Source: Macrostomum lignano
Taxonomy: Eukaryota
Assembly (NCBI GenBank): GCA_002269645.1
Contig: NIVC01001094.1
Span: forward strand, 19,868-83,867
Direction of reading: 5' to 3'
DNA: 64,000 bases
Positions 50,655 through 62,994 of the stretch are shown here, piece by piece (positions within the stretch are counted from its first letter, which is position 1; each line of letters opens with the position of its first letter). The position numbers and the translations under genes were made by a program. The notes beneath the pieces were generated by a model. The model ran no database searches and was not told the origin of the DNA. It saw only the letters and a list, made by a program, of their open reading frames with translations.

Positions 50655-51606
50655 GGGCTGTAAACTGTCGGTAGAAAAGACTCGGGGGGGGGGGTAAACT
50701 GTCAGTAGAAGATGCTAAGGGGGTAAACTGTCGGTAGAAGAGTCTCGGGAGGTAAACTGTCGGTAGAAGAGGCTCGTGAGGTAAACTGTCGGTAGAAGAG
50801 GCTTGGGAGGTAAACTGTCGGTAGAAGAGGCTCGGGAGGTAAACTGTCGGTAGAAGAGGCTCGTGAAGTAAACTGTCGGTAGAAGAGGCTCGGGAGGTAA
50901 ACTGTCGGTAGAAGAGGCTCGGGAAGTAAACTGTCGGTAGAAGAGTCTCGGGAAGTAAACTGTCGGTAGAAGAGGCTCGGGAAGTAAACTGTCGGTAGAA
51001 GAGGCTCGGGAGGTAAACTGTCGGTAGAAGAGGCTCGGGAAGAAAACTGTCGGTAGAAGAGGCTCGAGAGGTAAACTGTCGGTAGAAGAGTCTCGGGAAG
51101 TAAACTGTCGGTAGAAGAGGCTCGGGAGGTAAACTGTCGGTAGAAGAGGCTCGGGAAGTAAACTGTCGGTAGAAGAGGCTCGAGAGGTAAACTGTCGGTA
51201 GAAGAGTCTCGGGAAGTAAACTGTCGGTAGAAGAGGCTCGGGAGGTAAACTGTCGGTAGAAGAGGCTCGGGAAGTAAACTTTCGGTAGAAGAGGCTCGGG
51301 AGGTAAACTGTCGGTAGAAGAGTCTCGTGAGGTAAACTGTCGGTAGAAGAGGCTCGGGAAGTAAACTGTCGGTAGAAGAGGCTCGGGAAGTAAACTGTCG
51401 GTAGAAGAGGCTCGGGAGGTAAACAGTCGGTAGAAGAGGCTCGGGAGGTAAACTGTCGGTAGAAGAGGCTCGGGAGGTAAACTGTCGGTAGAAGAGGCTC
51501 GGGAGGTAAACTGTCGGTAGAAGAGGCTCGGGAGGTAAACTGTCGGTAGAAGAGGCTCGGGAGGTAAACTGTCGGTAGAAGAGGCTCGGGAGGTAAACAG
51601 TCGGTG
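50655..51606. repeat. Minisatellite, 29-bp unit (GTAAACTGTCGGTAGAAGAGGCTCGGGAG)
   Basis: About 32 units, adjacent to the SINE head. Confidence 0.95.
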
Positions 51607-52847
51607 GACTCCAGATGCTCCAGACCCCAGACTCTAGATCTAGGCGTCCCTGGCCGCGCGCTCGTCCGATGCAGTCTGTTCCGATATGCCACTTTCTCTT
51701 TTACGACGATGTGGCAGAAAATTTGCCTAATTTGAGCCGCTGATATTGAGCCAGTGGGAATATAAAGTACGGCTTAGAATAGGAATTCTGTGCCACTGCT
51801 AGTCCCTAATGCGGCATTAGTCCGCTGGTCCGAGCCTTCATTTCCAACTATTTCGGTCTTTTAGAAGCGTCAAGTTAATTTTTCTCGATGTCTCTGCTTT
51901 GCTCACTAGATAGCTCGTAGCCACTCAAATTCTTGATGAAGCCTCCACAGCCTCGCGGTAAAGAGAAATTTTAACTATTTATTTATTGCATTGCAATATT
52001 GTAAATGCAAAGATTTGACTACGTGCTAAAAGTTCGACTGGCACTAAAATTTGATTTAACTGTACACACTTTTACTTCTGTAATTTGTATACTCATCATT
52101 TTACCTGTTAATAAATAAATTTTGTGAATTAAACACGGCTCTGGAATTAGAGTTTATCTTTTATCTTTGTCAATTTTGGAGGACCCCTGTTCAACATTGC
52201 TCAGTGTATAGGGTATTCTCCCTGCTCAACCATGCTAACTTTCCCCTACTGGTGAATGATTTGCTTTCGGGGTCAGTGGCGAGGAGCAGTAAAACTGAAG
52301 CTTGGAAGGCAGCATCAGTTTGGCAACAATAATGCTGATTAATTGCTCTTGTCTCCGCCCTACCCAATGAAGGCCATTGAAGGCCGAATCCCATCGGACG
52401 GAGGGTGAGCTGCAATTTTGGGTCGATGCTGCTGCAACTTGCACCGAATTGGGAGACAATTTCAGTTGGCAATCTATCCGACCCCCTCCCGCCAATTAAT
52501 TAGCACTCCGCCCTGCACCGGAAATGGTTTCTAGCGGCCTGTGCTGTGCTGATCGCGAAAGCTTTCGCTTCCCTGTTGACTCTGGGCAAACTGGGCTGGG
52601 TGTGTGTGGTGTGTGCTATTTTGACACTGAATGCTGCAGCTTCATGAACTACGATAAGTGAGGATTGAACATTTTAAGTGAGATATCAGTCCTTGTCCTC
52701 AGGCTCAACTGGGGCTACGAGTAAATTGCAACAGATGATGATAGAGCTGTTGTGAATGCTGTTCTTCGTCTTTGGTTCTAGCGCTGCGTCACCCCTAATC
52801 TGCGCTTTAGGCTGACTTCATGTAAAACCACAGATACTAAATAACGG

Positions 52848-53392
52848 GATGGGCCACTCAGGCGTGTATACTTAGTAAAACAGCTTTCTACTTTCAGTTC
52901 AGTAGCAAAGAATAATCATAAGCTTTTTTTTTAAATAAAGGCAGCTGAAATGACTTTGATAAGTTCAGAAGCCCAAAGCTTGCAGGCGTAAACAACTTGC
53001 TAATTGGTTCAGCCATAATGTACATTAGCCAGTCCACTGAAATGTACATGGCTAGGCTGGAGTTTCCGAGAAAGGCAATTAAAATTAGGGCTGGGCGGGG
53101 CGGGGGTAGAGTGGAAAGGCGCGGTTGGAGGTTTAGTTGGGGGCGGCGGGGTAGAGACTCGTTCACACTGCCATCAAATAAGACCAAATTACGTGTGATC
53201 ACACAATTTGTACATCAAATTTGATTCCTTTGTACATTAGTCGTGTGATTTGGTGGCTCGTTTGATGGCACGTGTGAATGAGCCTTTAGAGCCAATAAAT
53301 GAACCTGGACTTTAAAACACATTAAACTGCTTCCGTTTAACTTGCTACTGAACTGAAAGTAGCTTACACGCAAGTGTGCTGAGTGGCCCATC
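52848..53392. mobile_element. MITE-like element with a nested foldback element (53155-53285)
   Basis: Outer GATGGGCCACTCAG..CTACTTTCAGTTCAGTAGCAA / TTGCTACTGAACTGAAAGTAG..CTGAGTGGCCCATC; inner CTCGTTCACACTGCCATCAAA / TTTGATGGCACGTGTGAATGAG. Confidence 0.72.
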
Positions 53393-53583
53393 TACATGTA
53401 GTTATTCTAGAATCTATGTGTAAAACTCACGGCTTGCTGGGAATTCTACGTTTATGCAATCTTATTAATTGCGTTCAATTGGCAATCCTTGGATTCTGTC
53501 ATGTTTTTTTATGGTTCGTCATGGTTCTAAACTTTGTCTGCGCTGTACATGTAGTTGAATTAGTAGTCATTGACAGACACGTA

Positions 53584-53905
53584 TTCCGCTGATCCACGGC
53601 CATCTACACGGAATGGGTCATTGGAAGACACTTTCCGCTGATCCACGGCTATCTACACGGAATGGGTCATTGGAAGACACTTTCCGCTGATCCACGGCCA
53701 TCTACACGGAATGGGTCATTGGAAGACACTTTCCGCTGATTCACGGTCATCTACACGGAATGGGTCATTGGAAGACACTTTCCGCTGATTCACGGTCATC
53801 TACACGGAATGGGTCATTGGAAGACACTTTCCGCTGATTCACGGTCATCTACACGGAATGGGTCATTTGCAGGCCTGTATTCCACTGATCAACGGTCATC
53901 TACTC
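53584..53905. repeat. Tandem 49-bp units (six plus a degenerate seventh)
   Basis: Units start at 53584, 53633, 53682, 53731, 53780, 53829. Confidence 0.92.
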
Positions 53906-55116
53906 GTGGGTCTCCCATGGGTTAGGGACTCCAAGCTCAATAAAAGCGAGCAGTAAGCAGCAGCCATCAATGCCGACCTGGAGCAGTGTTTGCACCTGCG
54001 CTGATGCTAAAGCTGCGGATGTGTGCTCAGCCGCACGGCAGCTTTAATTCCATAATTCCAGCGTCAACACCAGGCTGGCATGCAGAGAGGGAGCGACCGG
54101 TCTGGGGCAAACACGGTCTGTTGTCTTTCCCGTGGCTCCCGGTGCTGTTGCCAAGAAAAGTAGGTTGCAGCAGCTCGGTGCTGATTTCCTGTGTTGTTTT
54201 TTTTTAACAGATCAACCCAGCCCATCCATTGTCCACTGAAACTCAGCGAGGCAGTTCAATTAGTCCGGAGTCGTCAGGATTTCTTAATCGCTTTAATCAT
54301 TAATAATCGCATTGGTTGTATTTTGCAACCCGATGGCTGGCAAAGAGACAAAAAAATGCAAATCAATTGAGGATTTTTTAAGACACTATTGGGTCTCTGA
54401 GGGCAGGGCTGCTATTGAAAGCGGATGCAGCATTATGTACAGTGTGCATCCAGAAGGTAGATTAGATCCGTACAATACTCTTTTACAAAACTTGCAGCGG
54501 CAAATTGAAACTTGAAACTTGAAACGGTTTCTGTTTTGATAAATTTGCAAACAAATCGACAGTTAAAAGGTCTCAGATCGAAGAGCAAAAACTGAAACAA
54601 TTTAAATTCCGGGATTCGCCGCTGCAGGAAAACAGTTATCGATATTGATAATTAATAAAAATTATACACTACGAGTGTAGAAAAGGAATACTGTTCCATA
54701 TTAGTAGTAACCAGGATTCCCGATCCAGTGATGAACAACTGAAGTATCAATAGAAGGGACGCTGAGCTTGTATAAAACCTTCTGGACCTCCAGATCCAAG
54801 CAAGCATATCAATGCAGATTTTAAGGACGCTGAACTTTCAAAGCCCGGAAGTTTGCTTGTGTTGCCGGTCTTCTGTTGCAGTTCATGAAAAAAACAGATT
54901 GATAAACTTGTGACTGGAACCTCGGGCACAACAGGCGCTTGCTTGATTTGTGATTCGGAAGTCCAGAAGGTGAGATATTGGGAATTCGGGTTGAAACCGC
55001 TCCCCAGCGAAGCATCAAGCACCTATAAAACAGCGAATAAAATCTGTAATCCGTATGGTTAAAAAGAATATAAAAACTCTGCAAAATAGATGTCTTCTTT
55101 CGGACTTTAGGATTGC

Positions 55117-56151
55117 TTAGATGAGGTTGGAGATGGACTGGACGGTCGTCACGCCGAAGATGAAGGAGCCGAGCACTAGGAAGACGGCCGCGGCCAGCTG
55201 CTTCAACCAGCTGGCATCGTCCAGGCCGATCTTGAACAGACACAGGCCTGCAAAGGCGGGGCAGCGCGATGGCGACTGAGGCTATATATCTGTTGGCACT
55301 TGGGTCTTAGCTGGTAGGCTCAACTCTGAATGAAAGGGAGTGGCAACCCAACTTGAGACACGGAGGGAGTGGCAACCCAACTTGAGACACAGAGGGAGTG
55401 GCAACCCAACCTGAGACACGGAGGGAGTGAAACCCAATATGAGACACAGAGGGAGTGGCAACCCAACCTGAGACACGGAGGGAGTGACAACCCAACCAAG
55501 GCCTGAGAGGGAGTGGCAACCCAACCTGAGACACGGAGGGAGTGGCAACCCAACCTGAGACACGGAGGGAGTGACAACCCAACTCAAGGCCTGAGAGGGA
55601 GTGACAACCCAACCCAAGGCCTGAGAGGGAGTGACAACCCAACCTGAGACACGGAGGGAGTGGCAACCCAACCTGAGACACGGAGGGAGTGGCAACCCAA
55701 CCTGAGACACGGAGGGAGTGGCAACCCAACCTGAGACACGGAGGGAGTGACAACCCAACCCAAGGCCTGAGAGGGAGTGGCAACCCAACCTGAGACACGG
55801 AGGGAGTGGCAACCCAACCTGAGACACGGAGGGAGTGACAACCCAACCAAGGCCTGAGAGGGAGTGGCAACCCAACCAATAGAAGTTAAGCTGAATCAAT
55901 ATTTTGCATAGAGAATAACTGGTGGCGGGATCGGGCTAGAGAGAAGCCGCACCGGGAAATATGAAGATGAAGACGCGGCGAGACTGCCCAGCAAGCTGAT
56001 GACGTCACCAATGTTGGGGATGAGCACGGCCAGCAGCAGGGTGAGGCCGAACCAGACGATTGTGACGCCGAATCGCCGGACTCGCTCGGTGCGGCAAATT
56101 CTGTCCGGGTCGAGGCGCAGCAGCGGCAAAGCGACGCTGTCCAGGGCAGCG
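55117..56151 (-). CDS. SLC38A7: SLC38A7/8-like amino-acid transporter, last two exons only, with a 1-nt frameshift
   Basis: Exon 56151-55953 (RVRRFGVTIVWFGLTLLLAVLIPNIGDVISLLGSLA-fs-VFIFIFP G) and exon 55247-55117 (GLCLFK..LVLGSFIFGVTT..*). Upstream exons were not found. Confidence 0.8.
55335..55878. repeat. Intronic minisatellite, 29-bp unit (GAGACACGGAGGGAGTGGCAACCCAACCT)
   Basis: Inside the last SLC38 intron, 55952-55248. Confidence 0.93.
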
Positions 56152-56294
56152 CTGCGGCGGTGATGGGGGACGCGATTAGCGCATAGTAACAGTGAAGCAA
56201 CAGCATAGCAACAGCGAGTTTTTCATTAACATTGTGGCATACTTTTAGAAAGTGTTATTGGAAACTTGAAGGATGGGTCAACAGAAGATCGAAT

Positions 56295-56829
56295 TGAGGC
56301 AAGGGACGGAGGGCCAAGCTTGAGGCAAGGGACGGAGGGCCAAGCTTGAGGCAAGGGACGGAGGGCAAGCTTGAGGCAAGCGGACGGAGGGCCAAGCTTG
56401 AGGCAAGGGACGAGGGCCAAGCTTGAGGCAAGGGACGGAGGGCCAAGCTTGAGGCAAGGGACGGAGGGCCAAGCTTGAGGCAAGGGACGGAGGGCCAAGC
56501 TTGAGGTAAGGGACGGAGGGCCAAGCTTGAGGCAAGGGACGGAGGGCCAAGCTTGAGGCAAGGGACGGAGGGCCAAGCTTGAGGCAAGGGACGGAGGGCC
56601 AAGCTTGAGGCAAGGGACGGAGGGCCAAGCTTGAGGCAAGGGACGGAGGGCCAAGCTTGAGGCAAGGGACGGAGGGCCAAGCTTGAGGCAAGGGACGGAG
56701 GGCCAAGCTTGAGGCAGGGACGGAGGGCCAAGCTTGAGGCAAGGGACGGGGGCCAAGCTTGAGGCAAGGGACGGAGGGCCAAGCTTGAGGCAAGGGACGG
56801 AGGCCAAGCTTGAGGCAAGGGACGGAGGG
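56295..56829. repeat. Minisatellite, 26-bp unit (GAGGCAAGGGACGGAGGGCCAAGCTT)
   Basis: About 20 units. Confidence 0.94.
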
Positions 56830-57046
56830 TAAATTCCGGTCAAGGTCATTGACAAATTTAAATTCTTTGACAGCCTTGATATACTTGTAAGTATTCGTGA
56901 ATGCTCCCTAAGCTCTAATTGAATGGCTACTTCTGTACCCCGCTGTGTGCACATGTTACTTAAAGATATTTACATAAAGTACACAAAGTTCTTATGCAGT
57001 TGCGCACAAATAGCTAGAACTACAATTACATGTGTATAAATAGCTT

Positions 57047-57418
57047 TCAGTGAAAGAAGCGGCCGCCACCACTCCCCTCTCCCGATCCGAGGGCAGCGAA
57101 GTGTCTTGTTAGTCCCATATTATCCGCATGGCTAGGAAAGTTGCGACGGAGCTCAGCGATCGGCACTCGTGCTCTGGCCTCCCTGGGTGAATGCGGCACT
57201 GCATAATTTAACATCGGGGGTTGGGGGTCGGACTTCAACCAGCCGTCAGTGTCGAGTTCGGGGACAGCTTCATAATCCGCACTGGTGTGACGGATACTTG
57301 CAAATGGGAGAGGGGATATGGACAGTCTGGATAGAAGCTGCAATGCGGAACAGGCTCGCAATAAAGCTGCATCATGCAGATGCCAGCTGTCCACTTCCCT
57401 ACTGCTTAGAGGCCTGAC
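57047..57418 (-). CDS. Possible terminal exon of an unidentified gene
   Basis: Stop-free, protein-like frame preceded by acceptor-like CATTTCAG; no family recognised. Confidence 0.25.
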   Translation of the reverse strand, partial: VRPLSSREVDSWHLHDAALLRACSALQLLSRLSISPLPFASIRHTSADYEAVPELDTDGWLKSDPQPPMLNYAVPHSPREARARVPIAELRRNFPSHADNMGLTRHFAALGSGEGSGGGRFFH

Positions 57419-57448
57419 CTGAAATGCGAGTTTCCACTTGCTAGTAAC

Positions 57449-57893
57449 AGTTCAGTTGATACAGTTAGCTAATCTGCAGTTCAGCTGATACAGTTAGCTA
57501 ATCTGCAGTTCAGCTGATACAGTAATGTAGTATGCATTAGCTATACAGTTAGCTAATCTGCAGTTCAGCTGATACAGTTAGCTAAGTTCAGCTGATACAG
57601 TTAGCTAATCTGCAGTTCAGCTGATACAGTTAGCTAATCTGCAGTTCAGCTGATACAGTTAGCTAATCTGCAGTTCAGCTGATACAGTTAGCTAATCTGC
57701 AGTTCAGCTGATACAGTTAGCTAAGTTCAGCTGATACAGTTAGCTAATCTGCAGTTCAGCTGATACAGTTAGCTAATCTGCAGTTCAGCTGATACAGTTA
57801 GCTAATCTGCAGTTCAGCTGATACAGTTAGCTAATCTGCAGTTCAGCTGATACAGTTAGCTAATCTGCTGTTCAGCTGATACAGTTAGCTAAC
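57449..57893. repeat. Minisatellite, 29-bp unit (CAGTTCAGCTGATACAGTTAGCTAATCTG)
   Basis: About 15 units, some shortened. Confidence 0.93.
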
Positions 57894-59596
57894 CAGCATC
57901 TTTCAAGCAAATTTCAGCCATGTGTCAGCAACCCTTCTTCCGGTAAAGCTTAAAAGAGAATTTCCCATGGCTTATTCAGGGAAAAAATACTCAAAACTTG
58001 GACTTTCATTCGTTTTAATTTTCAATAGATTTCATTTTCAATGCTTTTAATACTTGAAGCAACCATTAAGCATGGCCCCGCAAGTCTATCTGTTACGCGC
58101 TATGAATAGGAGAGGCATCTTCCTGGACACGCAGACTCCCGATTGTGAGCCAGTGTTAAAGAAAGCAAATAACCTTGGCCCTTTGAAGGATTTGCTCGTA
58201 GTTAGCCATCGCCATTCACCCAAGCCTAGGCGGCGAACCTTCTGTCTGATCAACTGAAATTCAAGCCGGATGGCTTCGGGAAAATCCCCTAGCTAGTATC
58301 TGGAGCAGAATTGTGGACTCCGGCTCCCAGCCAGCCAGACGAAGCAAAAGAAGGAAGAACTCCTCTGGCGGGGCAAGCAAACAGAGAAATTAAGAAGAAG
58401 CGGGGCGCGGATGCGTCGCAATCGATTATTGCGCCCCGCGAACCCGGCTCTCTAGCTAGACAAAAAAGAATGGCTAACACAAATAGTGCACCAGACTATA
58501 CGGAGGGAACCGACCCTTAGCATCAAGCGGCCCACTGCGCTGGCGTGTTGCAAGTTCACGGTGCGCGCAACTGGGCCAATCAGGGGCTGGCGACCTCCGG
58601 CTGGCAAAGAGCCCAACCTGCACGCCCATTGGATTAAGGCTCGGGCATAAAGCACTGGGTTACTGGGCGCGGAGTAACCGGGATCCAACTCTGCAACCGG
58701 GCCAAAATACCGGCAATAACAAAACTCTGCACAATCTGGCACACAGAGAGTCCAATAATTAGCTAATTAATACAGAAGGTCACCGCAGCTCGCTTGAGCC
58801 TAAGCAGTTCAGCCGGACGCACGCCAGCAAAACCACACGCGGTTTCTTAGAATTCCGAATTGATTTCTCTCGAGAATCGGGGATGAAGAACACGGTGCAG
58901 CTGGTCAGGTGCGGCAACCTGATGGCGGCCGCCGCCACCCCAGGCCTGGACCCGTGCGGCGGCGCCTCGGCTTCAGCATGGACGGCAACGGAGGGGCCGG
59001 CGGCAACGGCAACAGCGGCAGCGCAGGCGAATCGGCCCGAGTGCCAGGCCGACGCGAAGTGATGCTGCGCGGCCACATCAATCACTTCACGAGCTCAACC
59101 ACTGCTCACGGGCTCAACCGCGAACTCGGAGCAGAGCTGGGTCCGCATGGTGTGGGTGGGCATTGTGCTGGCCGCATCGCTTGGCGCTATTGTGCACACG
59201 ACAAAGCGGACCACCTATCTGCAGTACCCAGTGAGCAGTACAAACCGGCAGGAGCCAAACAGTTTCGAGTTTCCCGACCTGACATTCTGCGACCGCGCTC
59301 AACAAGCGCTTTTTTCACTATCAGGCAGTGAAATACGCGGAATCAATAATAACTGGACGAGGTCCGAGTTCTGTACAGCCTTGTGTACAGCCACTTCCGT
59401 ACAGAATCAGACTGGCGCAAGGAGCGCCGAGCGATAGAGCTAGTTTACAATGCATTTGAGCACGTGCTCAATATCACGAATTTGAATATTCGGCCGTTGG
59501 ATGTTGTGCTCTACTGCACTATTTGATGGAGAGCTGTGCGACCACCACAACTTTCAGGTTGGAGCGATGTTTAACTCATATAGTATTTTTTTATCA

Positions 59597-59825
59597 GAGA
59601 CAGGGGGGTTGTGTGCACCCTGGCGCACTTTAAGCGACATAGGCACACAACGGCGAGAGGCATTACTGCCCATTCCGCCCACTCCCCTGAGCAGGCACAC
59701 AAGCGCGATACGAGTACGCAGTCAGCAAGGCACACACTCACACCGGAGTGTACAGCGGCCCTAACTTTATATTATCGTTAGGCATGTACACTTCACTGCG
59801 GCCTTGGAGGTTGGCTCCCAAGGCT
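59597..59825 (-). mobile_element. SINE family S, 5'-truncated copy in the DEG/ENaC intron
   Basis: Closely homologous to 50270-50495. Confidence 0.8.
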
Positions 59826-61428
59826 GTCATGTAGTAATCCGCAATATTAATCCTAGTTTAGTATTAGCATAGAAAATCATATAAATCATTCTTAATATTT
59901 CAAATGCCTCGATAAAATGGGAGATAGCCCGTCATATCGGTGACTATCTAAAAATTTTTAGTCAATGCTCAGTAGCTTTGCAAACGAGCCGGGACTCTGG
60001 AAGTTTCCCGGAATTTGTCAACCGCCTGCCCTGTTCTCCCGCATCGGCCGCCTGTCAGGACCAGCTATAACTGGCTGTTGGCGCTTTAGCAGGAGCTCCA
60101 CAAGCTGAGCTGAAGTGTAGTTGATCAGTCAGGATCAGCTGCGCTCGCTTCAGAGCAGACACTAGCCGGAACTGCTTCAACTCCTAGCTCACCAATAGGT
60201 CGTTAAACAGTAAAAACAGCAGCTTAAATGCATCGCTTTTTTGCCCGATCTCGCTCGCAGGTGTTCTACCACCGACTGTACACCAACTGCTTCACCTTCA
60301 AGCCACGTGTGCGCAGTCTGCGTAGCAGCGGCATGGACCGGGGCCTCTTCCTGTTGCTCTATGTGCCATCCGCTGACATCAGCCTGAAGTTGGACAGTCT
60401 CGCCAGGCTGGCTTCGGGCCTCGAGAACAACGGCATCAGGTTCCAAATCCACCAGCGGGACACCATCCCGCACCCGCTGGAGTACGGCATCATGGCGCCC
60501 ACTGGCACCCCTGACCGCTGTGGGCCTCGAACAGGTTCGAACTTCCCTGGCCGACACGCCCACGCATCCTTGCGTCCGGGATACAAAATTGCGATTATTC
60601 GACAATCAGTTCGACTTTATGCGCCAGTACGACAGGCAGCTGTTCGATTGCATCAAGCACGAGTACCACCAGACTGTGCGCGAGCAGTGCGGCTGCATTA
60701 CTGGAAGGCATGTGATCGTGGAGCCCGGGTTCAACCCTAGAGACGTGAGGTTCTGCCACGATCTGATCAGCTCAAAGAACGCCAGCCGAGTGCAGGCGGT
60801 GACGCGGCTGTTCCAAGCCGAGATGAACAAAACGCATTCGCCGGCAGCCCTGTCAGACTTCATTCAGCTCGGCCTGCAGATGCGCCGGCAAGATCCCGCG
60901 CTCAACGAATCGCTGGACCGGATGCTGTGCTCGGACAATGTCACTGAGAGCGCCGTGAGGCCCCAGCGCTGCTACGACTCGTGCAACTACAACAAGTACG
61001 AGTACAGCCTGTCCCAGTGCCTTGGCCGGAGGACTCATTCGAGGTGCGCAACGCCCAAATACAGATGGTGAAGATCGCGCAGATGCTAGACGAATACAAA
61101 GCATTGCACGAAAACATAATCCCGAAGCCGGCGCTGCTGCAATCGATGCAAAAGAGCAGCCTCAACACCAACAGCTGTCAAACGTTCAAACACAGCGGAT
61201 GGAGGTGCCGGACAAGAAGGACTGCAGCCGGGTCCAGCTTTTCGTGCGTCGCTCGGTTGTGCAGCTGCGCGTCTACCGGAGACACGCGTGCGGCACACCA
61301 TCGAGGAGCGCAACTATGAGCTGGTCAACCTCTGCTCCGACCTGGGCGGTGAGCGGCCCTATTATCTGATTGATATCTCGTCTTTAGACGACTTACTTCG
61401 AGGGCATCTTATAGTTGAGATGAGTCTT

Positions 61429-61820
61429 TGATAGACACCCATCTCATAATTGATAGACACCCCATCTCATAATTGATAGACACCCCATCTCATAATTGAT
61501 AGACACCCCATCTCATAATTGATAGACACCCCGTCTCATAATTGATAGACACCCCATCTCATAATTGATAGACACCCCATCTCATAATTGATAGACACCC
61601 CATCTCATAATTGATAGACACCCATCTCATAATTGATAGACACCCCATCTCATATTTGATAGACACCCCATCTCATAATTAATAGACACCCCATCTCATA
61701 ATTGATAGACACCCATCTCATATTTGATAGACACCCATCTCATAATTAATAGACACCCATGTCATAATTGATAGACACCCATCTCATAATTGATAGACAC
61801 CCCATCTCATATTTGATAGA
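61429..61820. repeat. Intronic minisatellite, 22-23 bp unit (GATAGACACCCCATCTCATAATT)
   Basis: Starts ~80 nt after donor 61349. Confidence 0.93.
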
Positions 61821-62394
61821 AACCTCACCCCTCTGATTTCAAGGCCAAAGACACATATCATATTTGACAGAAACCTTAGGCACCTCATATTTCGGGCCGC
61901 TTGCAAAACAATTTGAACCACTGTGGAGTAGCAGGGAATTGTAAAAGGCGCAACAGCGTGAAGATGGATAGCCAGACGGAGTCCACGGAGTCCCATTGGA
62001 GAGACGGGGAAAGAAAATGCAGACACAAACAAGCGATGATGACTGCCACCCGATTCCGTATTGAAGAGCTGGTCGATCCGGCCCGGCCTGCATGAATTAT
62101 TGCAAAAGGCTCCGCTATTCTTGCCGTTATTGCTTGTCCTGCCCCGCCGGCCACACAAGTAGCTGAGGACGACAGCCAGGTAGCTCGTATTGGCAGGCAT
62201 GAAGGGGGCTTGAAGCAATGAAGACAGCCCCAGAGAGAGACAACAGAGTGAAGGAATGACACTGGGAAGCGTAAAGTGATTTCTACTCAGAGCTGAGAAG
62301 GCTCTTAGAAATTGGAGCGCATGCAACAATAGTTGCAGGAGGGCTGCGGGCGAAACAATTCTTCTGTCATTCCGCTGACTCCTCCTGAGCCAAT

Positions 62395-62610
62395 GCTGTA
62401 CGCAGGCGCGCACTCGTACACCGCTCACGCAGGGTGTACAACGGCCCCGACTTTCCAATCGACAGGCATGTACACTCTCTATGTGCCTTGGGGGCCCTCA
62501 GGGCTGTGAATCGCACGGCCAACCCCCGGCCAATTTTGCAACACACAAGCCCCAAATGAATGCGGCCGGCGCAGAGTCAGACGCGCTAACCTCAGAGCTG
62601 CCCGCCCCCT
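62395..62610 (-). mobile_element. SINE family S, copy lacking the B box
   Basis: The reverse complement aligns with 12895-13100 but the B-box segment is absent. Confidence 0.7.
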
Positions 62611-62926
62611 GGATTAGCATAAGTGCCAGCATAAGTACTATATATACACTATATATATACATGACATATCTCGCGTATACTTAGGCACGAGACACTGTCA
62701 CACGCGCGTAAAGTGCGTCTCGTTCCATGACAGCAGTTAAGCCCAGGCCCATAGTTAGGGCTCTGGTGATGCTGCCGCTGCTGCCTGAGCTCCACGACCG
62801 TCTTTGAAGACTAAGCTCTATTTATTATTAAGCAGCACAAAATACTGCATAGCGTGGAGGGACTGCCGCATGTCACATCCGCAGTTTGGTCATTAAGAAA
62901 GGCAGACGCTGTCAGGAAGAGGGCGG

Positions 62927-62985
62927 GCAGTGGCTCAGCAGATATCCTGCTAGTGCTCGTGAGACGGGGCTCGATTCCAGGTGGA
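62927..62985 (+). mobile_element. Isolated tRNA-like SINE head
   Basis: GTGGCTCAGCAG..GGCTCGATTCCAGG, A/B-box-like. Confidence 0.4.
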
Positions 62986-62994
62986 GCTTCAACA

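Larger units (their letters stand above)
58978..62095 (+). pseudogene. DEG/ENaC family channel subunit with multiple frameshifts (pseudogene or consensus errors)
   Basis: FTSSTTAHGL, TM1 VWVGIVL, YLQYPV, FPDLTFC, C.FDGELC..NFQ|VFYHRLYTNCFTF, GIRFQIH, CYDSC..KYEYSLS, PWP, IEERNYELVNLCSDLG|gt. Exons ~58978-59557 and 60261-61348, possible tail 61871-62095. At least six frame changes; TM2 not found. Confidence 0.8.

Noticed and set aside
49294-51692. Repeat ORFs (QKSGSGNLT; LPPEPLLPTV)
   Set aside because: Minisatellite translations.
53584-53905. CRISPR-like 49-bp repeats
   Set aside because: No spacers; simple tandem duplication.
55282-56954. Repeat ORFs (LGCHSLRVSG; PQAWPSVPCLKLG)
   Set aside because: Minisatellite translations inside or next to the SLC38 intron.
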